This document shows, piece by piece, positions 49,830 through 61,000 of a stretch of 64,000 nucleotides of DNA (position 1 is its first letter; every line of letters begins with the position of its first letter). The stretch is from assembly GCF_036321535.1 (NCBI RefSeq), contig NC_087436.1, positions 122,946,001 to 123,010,000 on the forward strand, written 5' to 3'. The notes under the pieces are model-generated. The model had not been told where the DNA came from, did not search any database, and was given only the letters and a program-made list of their open reading frames with translations. The position numbers were made by a program, and so were the translations under genes. The DNA is from Camelus dromedarius. Lineage: Eukaryota.

Positions 49830-50450
49830 ACAGTGAAAATAGAAGTTATCAGAGAATCCCTTTGCTTTCATCCCAGTAAACACAAGTTACCTGCAACGGC
49901 AACCCATCTTCCTTTCTGTGACACTTAAGAGTGGTTTTCCTGTGTTCAAAGAGAACATTGCTGCATGTCACTCCCTCCTACCTTGCAGAGGACCTCGCTT
50001 CACACCTGCCTCTTCTGCCCTAGCAAACCTCTCTCACTGGCTCCCTTCCACCAGCTTTAGGCTGCTCCAGAACCTCCCATCTTAAATCATCTCTGCACCA
50101 TCATCACTCAAGCTCCCACACTTCCTCCTCCACAGCCAAACACCCAGAGTTACCTACATCTCCATTTCTGTATCCTTCGATATCCTTCGACTTCTGGTCA
50201 GCCCACCATGCCAATGAAACAGTATTACTCTTAGCAAGGTCATCAAAAGTCTCACTGTTGCTAAACCCAACATACATCTTTTACTCCTTTTCCTATTTGA
50301 CTTTCAAATGGCATTTGACACGCTTAATTATCTTTTCTCTCCTAGAAACATCTTCTCTCTTTGGCCCCATGACATAACGTTCCCTTGGTCTTATTCCTGC
50401 TTCCCTGGCCACTCTTCGCTCTGAAGACTATAACCTCTTTTAGTCCAACC
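49830..50450 (+). mobile_element. L2 ORF2 remnant
   Basis: gcaaggtcatcaaaagtctcactgttgctaaacccaa...ggcatttgacac...ctagaaaca matches the L2 reverse-transcriptase region. Confidence 0.7.
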
Positions 50451-51119
50451 TCGTTGTCGCCACTGGTGCTCCCTTCAAGTCAACTGCCACCCATATGCTA
50501 GGGACCAACAAACATCTGTCTCTCTCCTTCCCGAGCCCCAGTCTCTGTATTCCATTGACCAGACAGGCAAGCTGGTGGAAAGGCCGCATGACTTCGGTGG
50601 AACTCTGGCCGTACACTTGTGGACCCTGGCCACCTGGCTGAGGAATGACACTGCTGAGCATGTGTCTTGCCCAAAGCGGAGGGTGGGCGGGAATTAACTG
50701 TACTGTGCCTTCTTCTCCAAGGTATGCTAGGCTCACTAAACTGGACACTTAGAAAGCACTGTATGGACTAAGATACTTTATTATAAGAATAACACATGTT
50801 AACCTGTCTGGAAAGAGATTTTTAATAGCTTGAAATTCTAGGAGGGTTAGGCCGCTGACTGGGGCTTTCGGCTGCCTCTTTCAGTTTGGGAACGAACACT
50901 CCATACAGGTACCTGCAGGAAGCAGCCAGGTAACTTAAGTGAGCCAAGTGGGTCAGGCGAGTGGTCGTGTCTTACCTGAGGGGCAGCTCTAGGTGATTGG
51001 TGACACTCGGGATTCTGGATCCAATGTTGCCAGATCTGATTTTCCTACGGAAGCTGCAGGACTGGGTATTTAAAGCGTAAGTCTTTTATTAACAACCAAC
51101 TCATTAAAAAAAAAAACAA

Positions 51120-52070
51120 ACCAACAGACACCGCGGACCCCACCAAACCGACGGGCGAGGAGCTCCCCGCTGCCCGGCGTCGCGGGAGTTCGATCGCTCG
51201 GGGACGTCCCCCGACCCGCTCCTCCGCCGCGCGGCCTGGCACACGCCGCCCTCCGTACGGCGAGCCCCTGAGCAGCAGTCTCCGCAGAAACAGCCACGTG
51301 GGGACGGTTGGGAGTCGGGCTGGGAGCCGGGCTACCTGGGCGGGAGCCGCCGCAAACACCTCCCGCGAGCTCGACGGCGGAAGTCCGTCTCGAGGCCGGC
51401 GCGCCGCGCACGCGCGAACCGCGACCAGCGCTCTGCGCACGCGCAGCCGCCGCGAGGCGGAAGTGAGGCGCTACGCTCTTCCGGGCGGCGTCGCGGCCCC
51501 GCGCCTGCGTCGCGCCGTCGGGCGGAAGCTGGGGCGGCTCGCGGCCGGCGGTTGCCCAGCGGACCCGGACGCCGCTGGACCCCGAGCCCTCCGCCCGGCG
51601 CCCGCTGCCGGCCGCCGCCATGTCGCTGCTGCAGTCTGCGCTCGACTTCCTGGCGGGCCCGGGCTCCCTGGGTGGCGCTGCCGGCCGCGACCAGACTGAC
51701 TTCGTGGGGCAGACGGTGGAGATGGGCGAGCTGCGGCTGCGGGTGCGGCGCGTCCTGGCCGAGGGTGAGGCCGGGGCCGGGGGCACGAGCCGGGCGCGGG
51801 GAGGGTCGCCGCGGGGCCGAGGGTCACGGCCGGCCGGGAGGTGGCTGCTGAGGGTGAGGCCGGTGTAGGGCTGGGCACTTCCTTGTCGGAGGCCTGGGGT
51901 CAGGCTGTGGCAAGGGAGTGGAAGCAGCAGGCGTGGGGCCGACCGCGCCTGGGGGAGAGGCTGTGGCGGTGGGAAGGACGTTGGGCAGGCTGGGGGCGTG
52001 AGTGCGGGGCCACAGTGCGGGCGGTGGCGGGGCGGGAGGGTGCTGCAGGGCTGCAGGCTGGAGTCTGGGG
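51120..52070. promoter_or_regulatory. Bidirectional CpG-island promoter of GAK/TMEM175
   Basis: Dense CpG. NRF1 site TGCGCACGCGCA at 51434-51445, ETS/GABP site CGGAAGTG at 51458-51465, further CGGAAG cores near 51377, 51479 (minus strand) and 51523, and E-box CACGTG at 51295-51300. Divergent gene starts on each side. Confidence 0.9.
51336..51440 (-). other. TMEM175: Probable non-coding exon 1 of TMEM175
   Basis: Minus-strand donor CAG|GTAGCC at 51335 inside the CpG island shared with GAK. The 5' end is approximate because no TSS data are available. Confidence 0.5.
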
Positions 52071-55000
52071 GCGGGCAGTGGGGTGGGTGGGTATAAGCCC
52101 GGCCCTTCCCTCACATCTAGGGCAGTAGTAGGGCAGCGGGACGCGACTGGACCTCTGGACAGAGGTAGGGCTGGCTCTCCTCAGGTGCCGGGAACTTGGG
52201 CGTGGGTGATTGCAGTTCTGCTCTCCTTGAGTGTTGGACAGACGGCGCAGTGTCCTTTAACCAGGCTTTCCCCTCTTACCATCCGAGCGTTCCCCTTGCC
52301 TCGAACGTCTGTCTGTGAGTCCATGGAACTTACGGAGAGCTGAGCTAACAGCTGTTATCTGTACTGAACATTGCAGGTTGGGCTGGTCCGTCGGGGAGGA
52401 ATTTCCGGGTAGATCTTTAGTCGGCTGTGTTTCTGCTGCTGTTTCTAGCTTCCTGAACGCCCTCTCCCTTCCCTTCCTCGCAGTAGAATTTATCACCAGT
52501 GTTGCCGCGGTCCTGTTTTCTCCTCTGGGTTTTTCTTTGTTGTCCAGTGGCGCTTACAAGGGTATGCCGGATTCCCCTAGCTGTAGTGCTCACCAGCTAA
52601 ATACAGACGGCTTTGGGGCTGGTGCTGAAACAGAACTGTATCCCCTGTGTTAGGATGGGGCGAGAGAGTGGTAGAGTGAACGACCAAGCCTGTCTCTGGT
52701 GGCTCTCAGACCTGTAGGCTCACCCTGTCACGGCGGGCACCCCTGCTGCCATTTGAGCTCAACCAGCTGACCGTTTTGATGCCCATCTCCTGAAGGCCTG
52801 AGGCACTACTCTGGCCTTAGCATCATCACACATTTTTTCTCCAGGGTCAGAAGCAAAGAGATTTGGGTTGATTTGGTGAGGAAATTTTAGGCTTTTTTGG
52901 GAATGGGGGTGTGGTGGGGCCGTATCTCTAGTAACATTATGAAGTGTGGTATTTTGGCATATCTACTAGAGCGAGAGTTTCCCCAGATCAGTTCATTTAT
53001 TCTGAAGACAACAGGCAAGTATTTTGTTTCTTCCGAAAATTTATAGTGGAGAGTACATGGTTTCTGCCTTGTGGAACCTAAAGTAAGACACATGCTCTGA
53101 AAAGACAGCTCACTGCAGGGGCCCAGCTGAGGTGCAAGGGGTGAGAATGAACCCCTGCCAGGTGCAGGGGCAGGCCAGGGGTAGGAGAGTGGGAGGGGAA
53201 GCGGGTCATGGAAAGAAGGAAGCTCATTCCCGTGGCTTAACACCCAGAATGAAGAACAAGGAAACGAGGCAGCTGCTGTGGTTGTGCCACAGAGGGCGCT
53301 CCCCTGGCTGTCTAGGCAGGTCAGGAGCCACAGTCACAGTGCGGCTGTGAGCTGTGGACTTCCTCCTCTTAAACTTCACCGGTGGTTCACTGCCTCCAAA
53401 GCTCATAGAATGGGAATTCAAGCTGCTTGTATAAGCATGAGCAAGGGCCCAAACCCAAAACCATTGGGTACCTACCTGTGTGTCAGAGTTCTTCAGAACT
53501 TAGAAAGATAGTGCATTCCTGTGTGTCCTGGGATACTGCCCCGGGACTTGGGGAAGTGTTGTACGGTCAAATGCATGAATGTGTTTGTCACTGAATGAGT
53601 GAGTATCCTCTCTGTGGGACAGTTAAGTCTTCAGACAGCTTCACCTCACTTCATGTCAGGTGTTGCCCCACGTGAATTTATAATAGATCAGGCTTCACTA
53701 TCACATGTCTTAGGGAAAAAACATTGGTCTTCGTAGCTTTTTGGAATTGGCACTTGTCACCTGAAGTGAGTTGTAGGGCAGAACTGTGGAGCCAGATAGG
53801 TTTCTAATCTTTTCAGAATTTGTTCGAAATTTTCACTTTTTTAAAGCAGATCATTGGGAGTACCCACAACTCTGAGATGCCCAGTCCTAGTGGACTTAAA
53901 GTACATTCTGTGTCCTCTTGTTTTGGAAGCTGTGCTCCTGCTTCCTCTGCCAGAAAGGATAACAGGGATGGGTCGCTATGCCCAGACCAGGGTCTCGTCA
54001 CTCAGGCAGCCACCTCTGCGGCTGCTTTGTTCTCTGGACTCGCGGTGGGTGAGGTGGACGACGTGGTGTGTGGCCACTGCGGTATAGCTAGAACAAGACC
54101 TGCAGCCGTTTTGTAGTCTGTGTGGCAGGTGGTATGTGAACCTGAGGCATCAGCACCCGTTTACTGGAACGCTTGTGTGCCACGCGTGGTGTGGTTCCTG
54201 TTCAAGGGTGTGTGTTCTCTCTGGGGTCAGGGCTCACCTGAGAAGCCATGAGGACACCCCCATGTCACCTCCCAAGCCCTGGACGTCCGCCTGGTGCCTT
54301 CTGGCCACAGCTCTCAGCGGGCTCCTCCGTTGTGACTGGGTGAGGGCGCAGGGAGTGCACGGTGTGGCTGGAGCGGCAGTTGCGGGACCCTGTGGTAGTC
54401 AGGACTCTTGGCCGCAGGTTTCAGAAACCACTGAGGTTGGTGTGGTGGAGGCAGAGGACCCAGACCCTCCTGTAGGGGTGCTCAGCGCTTGCGCGGGTGG
54501 GTTTTGTAGATGGCTGGGCTGCCATGGCACATCCCTCTCCCACTGAGGAAGCGCAGCTGGGCCCTTAGTGTCTCCTCCTCCAGGACCCAGAGGCCTGAGG
54601 GCGAGGGCAGTCTCTCCCAGGGAGGGCTCTGAGTGGACGTTTCTTCTTCGGATACCACAGAGCACGGATAGGCAGGGTCTTTGCAGCAGGGGCACGGGGC
54701 TTGGGCAGCTGGTCGAGACCATCGGGATGCGACAGTCCCTGTCTGGTGCCCGAATGCTCGCTGTGCCCCTCCCCGCCCCGGCAAATGGGCAGCTTTGTGG
54801 TCAGCCATTAACTACAGTGACAGCGCCCAGCCCGGGATAGAAACGTTCACCACAGCAGCACTTGTGGGGTCCTGACTACTCGCAGAGCACAGTCCCTGGT
54901 GTCAGGGCCATGATGATCCTGACAGTGCTGAGGTCTGGGTGTCTGTAGCTTCCCAGAGCTGCAGGGGATTGGGGGGTGATGGTGGAGTTGGGGTGGGAGC

Positions 55001-58000
55001 CCAGGGGATACTCTGGCCTGTGGGAACGGCTGGTTCCATCTTAGGTGTGTCCTGGAGGAAGATGTGTCCAGAGGACATGAAGGTAAAAGAAGCTGCTGGA
55101 GCGGCTGCCAGTGGGCATGGTTGGGGGGCCAGAGTGGGGCGTCCGTGGGCGTGTAAGTGCCTGGAGCGGGACACAGTAGGGGGAGATCTCCATGGCGGGT
55201 GGTCACCCTGGGGAGGGGGCTCTCCTTCCTCCTCTCATGGCCCTGCCGTCTGCGTGGGGCCATGTGTCCTGTCAGGTAGCTAGCAGGCTGTGATCATGGG
55301 AGCACAGGGGAGATAACAGAACTCTGCTCCCAGGAGAGTCCAGTTCTTAGAAACAGCGCTGATGGAGAAAGCTCGTGGAGATCCCCCAACTGCCTCCCGT
55401 GCTGCTGCCCCAGCTTCCCGGGTGCTTGCTGTCCCAGCCAGCGGTGCCCCCTCACCCTACCGTCCGTGACCCTGTGCCATGGGAGGACAGGCAGCAGCCA
55501 GTCTCCCCGCATCCTCCTCACTTTGGCGCGCATGAGTGGTGTCTGGTTCTGTTGATCGGTGCTTCTTTGGTTCATGAGTTGGAGAGTATTTCAGTGCCTG
55601 TTGGTCATTCAGGCCCCCTCTGGAGTTGCACGTTCACGTGCTGTGCCTCCGTCTTTTAATTAAAAGTGATTTGAATTGAGTCATTTACATAGGGCGGTGT
55701 GGAGTTTAAGTGTTCTGACAGAGGCAAGCGTGGTGTCGCAAACACCTGTGCAGAAAGAACAGCTGAGGCGCCCCAGGGAAACTTGTGCCCCAGACGCCCC
55801 GCCCTGCCGCCTGCCTGGTTTCCTCTTTTAGAAGGTCACGAGTGTGACCTGCGGAGCCCTGTGTGTTCACCACCGGCCTTAGGGGTTCCGGGCTCGCTGC
55901 CCTGATGCCTGCGGCCTGCGTGTGCACCCCGGCCGTGGGCCTGCGTGTTTCTGTTTTGGACTGTCAGCAGTGAAGCTGCCAAGGACGTTTTCACAGGGTT
56001 TCTTGTGTGTGTGGACATGTGTGTGTTTCACTCTTAGGTGAAATACCCAGGAGTGGACCGCTGGCCTTTAGGCCAGGTGTAGGTTTCACTTTACCTGAAA
56101 CAGCCAAACCCCTCGGAGTCGGGCCGCGCCAGGTACCCCCGCCCCAGCGCGGCGCCTCGGTCGCCCGCTGTCCTTGTGACAGCGGCTGGGTGTGTTCTTG
56201 AGCATGCACAGTGGCTGAATTTGTGCCTCCTTGGTGGTACAACGTGGAACACGAACACCTTTTCACCTGCTGACTCTCCAGTCGTGTGTCTTTTGTGTGT
56301 GTGAAATGTTTGTCCAGGTCGTTTCCCCACTTTTTATTGGGCAGCAGCTGTGGGAGTTTTCTGTTATTCCAGACGTTGAGTCCTGTCCTCGTATAACACG
56401 TGACACGTGTGTGAGGAGGAGGAGGTGAGACTGTCCCGATTCCGCAAGGCGCACAGGAACGGCTGCCTAGGACAGGGTCTCGGCAGTGCCCAGCGTGGCC
56501 TTCTTTCCTGTGTGTTACGTGCTAGTGTTACCGTTTTTATTTGAACTCTTCGTTTTGAGGGAGTTGCAGATTTACATGCAGTTGTAAGCAGTGATGCAGA
56601 GAGATCCCGGCGCACCAGCTCCTTCCCCACGGCAGCGTCCTGAAAAGCTGGCATTGCTGTCACAGCTGGGAGCTGGTGTTCGCATCCCCATGAGGGCCCC
56701 TCGTGCCTTTCGTGCCACTCCCACCTCCTGGACCCCTGGGAAGCACTTCTCTGTTCCCCTTCTCTGAAACTTTGTCATTGAAGAATGCTGTGGAAATGGA
56801 ATCATGCCGTGTGGGCTGTTGGAATTGGCTTTTTTGCCTAGCATGATTCCCTGGGGACCTGTCAGGTTGTGTGGCATCGTTTGTCCCCTTCTGTTGCTGC
56901 AGAGCATGCAGGGTGTAGATGTACAGTATTTTACTCAACTGTTTGCTCCCTGGAGGACATCTGGGTTGTTTCCTGATTTTTTGGGCAATAGAAATAAAGC
57001 TGCTCTAAACGTTGGTGTGTGGGTTTCCATGTGGACCCACGTCTCCGTTTCTCTGGAGCAGATGCCCAAGAGCACAGGCATGGTGCCATGTGGCGGCTGC
57101 ACGTTTGGTTGTGGAGAAAGCGGCCAACCTGTTTTTTTTCTGGAGGGGCCACCCTGTTTCCCGTTCCCACCGGCAGCGGGTGGGTGTCTTCATCTGCTCA
57201 GCCGCTGAATGGGCCACAGACTCTGTAGCGTAAACAGCAGGTGGATTTTCCGGTCCTGGAGGCTTGGAGTCCGAGGTCAGGTGCCGGCAGGGTGGTCTCT
57301 GGTGAGGCCCCTCCCCTCAGTGGGCGCTCGGCACCTTCTGTGTAGATCAGTGGAGGGGCTGTCCTGGGGTCTCCCCTCTTCCTCCAGGCCTGTTGGATCA
57401 GGTCCCTGTCCTAGGATCTCAGTTAACTTTAATCACCTCCCTAAATGCCCTGCCTCCAGATGCAGCACATTGGGGGCTGGGGCTTCAACATGTGATGTCC
57501 AGGGGGCACATTTGTGTCAACACAGGGTGATCCGGTCTCTCTGCGTCCTGACGGCGCTCTGTTGCGTGTTCCCTTCGCTCTGACAGCTGTGCAGTGAGCG
57601 CTCACGGGGGCTGTCGGGCGCGTCTCCCTCCAGGATGGTGATGTGCTTGTTTCCACCCGCCCATCCTTGCAGGGGGAGTGTCTCTGTGTCTTTTGCCTGC
57701 TTTCAAATTGTGTTTTTGTTTTGAGTTTTGAGAGCTTGTCGTGGGTTGTGATGCGAGTCCTCCATCAGAAGTGCTTGCAGGCTTCTCTGGCAGCTGCAGC
57801 TGGGCGCTCTGTCCTCTGAACAGGGTCTGCCAGTGTCTCCTGTGTGAGCCCTGCTCTTGCTTTTGGGTCTGAGGCCTCTGCAGGGATCTGGGTCTCTAGG
57901 GCTTCTCTCCTGGTTTTTTCTGAAAGGCTCATAGCCTCCCATTTGCGTACTCTGTGTTAGTTACTGTGCAAGGTGTCAAGTTTAGATGGAAGCTCTTTTT

Positions 58001-61000
58001 GTTTGGTCTGTGGATGTCCGGTTGCTCCAGCACCGTTGGTGGAAACACAGTCCTTCCTCCATGGGGTTGCTTTTGCGCCTCTGTCAGAAATCACTTGGGC
58101 ATATTTGTCTGGCTCTTTTTCTGGATTTTTCTCCGTTGTTCCATTGATCTACGACTCTGTCCCTCCACCAGTGCCACACGGGCTTAATTGCTGTAGCTGT
58201 GTAACAGAATTTGAAATGGGGCATTTTTTTTAAGTTAGGAAAAATTTCAGAAATGCCGAAAAGTATGAAGAGTAACAGAACACACAATTTTGTCTCCGCT
58301 ATCTAGAGTTAATAAATGTTAGCTTTTTCAGCAAGAAAAGTCACGTTTGGCTCCGGAACCTTTGTAAAAACTCAGGCGTCACAGGTGCTGTTGCAGGCCC
58401 CTCTGCCTCCTGGTTGCCTCTCTCTCTCTCTCTTTCTCTCCAGAGGCAGCCACACCGTGAATTAGTGCACACGCTTCCTGTTCGTGTTTTATACCTCGTC
58501 TGCGTGTTCTTGTGCGCACAGACAGCGCCTGATACGCTTTTGGGGCGTTAAATGTAATCTAAATGATGCTGTGTTTTAATATCTTAAAATTGCTTTCACT
58601 TGGGACTTTTGCTCAGTACACATTTCTGATTGCCCGCCCGCTGTGTGTCAGGCACTGTTCTAGCTGCTGGCAACACAAATGTGAACGACCTGGGTGACGT
58701 TTGTGCCTTCTGAGTCTACAGCCTGGTGGGAGAGACGGCAGACAGGTATCCCAGTGAGTGTAGTGCAGCACCAGGTATCAGGAAGTGCTGGGGCGCACTG
58801 GGGAGGGGTGAGTCAGGCTGGGGTGCCCCCGCGGGGCTGTGGCGGTGGACGGGACCCGGTCGATCATGGGCTTGGTGAGTCTGAGGAAATGCAGCCATGT
58901 CCGTGTGGCTGCAGCTGGGAGAGAGGCCAGAGAAGGGTCCCCAGGACTGTGTCACCTTGCTAAGGTCCCTCTTTAGTCCTGGAGATTTTTGGTAGAGTCC
59001 TTGAGGTTGTGTGCTTTACAACCCATCACCTGTAAGTAAGCACTGTCTTAGTCCTTCCTTTCTGATCTTCCTGCTCCTTGTTGGTTTTTCTAGCTTTCTT
59101 GCGCTGACGGGGCTCGCCAGTAGAGCGTACTAGAGCTGAGAGCAGGCATCCCTGTGTCGTTCTTGGTCCTAGAAAGAAAACACCTGGAAGTCTTCTGTTA
59201 GCTGTGGGTTTTCCGTGGTTGCTGAGGTTGAAGAAGTTTCCTTTGATTCCGAGTTTGTTGAACGTTTGTTTTTACTTCACTACTTAAAAAAATCACGAAT
59301 GGATTTTACATGTGGACAGATGTTTCCTCTGTGTCTACTCGGGATCCTCCTTCCCTGGTGGTTAATGGTGTGTGTACACTGATTGCTGTTTAGTGTTGAG
59401 CCAGTGTTGCCAACACTCCTGGGGTGGAGCCCACGTGGTCACAGCATTCTGTCCTCACTGCATATCACCAGAATCACTTTGCTGGTATTCTCCTGAGGAT
59501 CGTTTATTCCCACTCTGATGAGTGATTTTGGTCTGTAATTGTATCTTTGTTGTCTTCTCTGCCTCAAAAAATAGTCTGGGAACTATTTTCTCCTCTTATC
59601 TTGGCAAAGACTTTGTGCAAGATTGTTGTGCTTTCTTCACTTCAGTGCTTGATAGAACTCACCAGCGAAGCCATCTGTTTCCTATTTCTACTATCTATTT
59701 TATGGATTTTCATTTATTTCCTTTCATCTATTTTTCATGTGGATTTATTTATTACTTAAATTTTTTAATGTCTGTCTTGAGATAAAAATGACATACAGGA
59801 ACTTGGCACATATGTGTCAGAACACTTTGAACATGTGCAGCTGAGTGCACGTCAGTGGAGCCACCGCTGTGATCAGGGTGGGAGCCATCTGGAGCCAGCG
59901 CAGTACCCCCCTCCCACCGCCGTGGGCCCCTGGCCTGCTGCGGGCCAGCCTCTGTCGCCGCACATCGTGTGTGTGTTCTGGGGCTTTCTGTGTGGACACG
60001 TGTACTTCTTCCTGGCCCTTTCTTTCCAGCAGCTGTCTTTGCGTCCCGTGCCACGTGCTGGCGGTACCTGTCCAACCTAGGGGTGAGCGTGCTCCCTGTA
60101 GGGGCAACGGGCTCCTGCCTCATTGCTGGTGTACGGTGGGTTGTTTCCAGCTTGGGCAGTTCCACACAAGGCTGCTGTGAACGCTCGTATTCAGGTCTTT
60201 GTGTGGGTGTGTGCTTCCATTCTTCCCGGGGAAATACCTGGCAGTGACGACTGGGCTGTGGAGGGGGTGTGTGCTTAACTTGTCAAGAAGGCCAGACTGT
60301 TTTCCAAACTGATCGTGCCATTCAGTGTCCCCTGAGCAGGGTCAGCAGGGTGCACGACACGAGGGGTGTGCAGCAGGCCCTTGTGGTGTAAGTGTGCCTT
60401 CCCCCAACGCGCAGGGACATGGAGCGCTTTGTCATGTGCCTGCGTGCCAGCTGTTTATCTTGGCCACGTGTCTTTTCATGTATTTTGCCCATCAAAATGT
60501 TGTTGAACTGAGCTTTCTTCATATTTTGTGGGTAGAAGACCATTACTGGGTGTGTGATTGGCAAAGTCCACACCCAGGGGCTTGTCTTTTCACCCTCTCG
60601 ATGGTATAGTTCAAAAACCAGAAGTTCTTCAGATGGACTTTGAAGAAGTCCATGTATCATATTTTTCATTTATGGATCATATTTTTGTTTTCATATCTAA
60701 GAAATGTTTGCCTAACCTAGGGTCTGTAGAAGTAAAATTGACTTTTCACGTGTGACTTCCATCCCTCAACTTTCCTGAACTCATTTGTTACTTTTGGGGG
60801 GGTGGGTACAAGGTTGTCTACGTAGACAATCATGTTGCCTGCAAAGAAGAACAATTTTTCTTCTTCCTTTTCAATCTGATTCCTTTTATTTCTTTTCTTG
60901 CCTGATTACACTGGCCAGGACTTCCAGTAAGGTGCTGAGCGTTTGCCTTGGCCCTGATCTTAGTGGGAGGCCTCTGGTCTCCACCGCTGAGCGTGGGGTC

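Noticed and set aside
50170-50190. Short tandem duplication tatccttcga x2
   Set aside because: A 10-bp slippage inside an L2 remnant with no sign of function.
51045-51878. Ala/Arg/Pro-rich ORFs on both strands at the GAK/TMEM175 island
   Set aside because: CpG-island artefacts with no coding signature.
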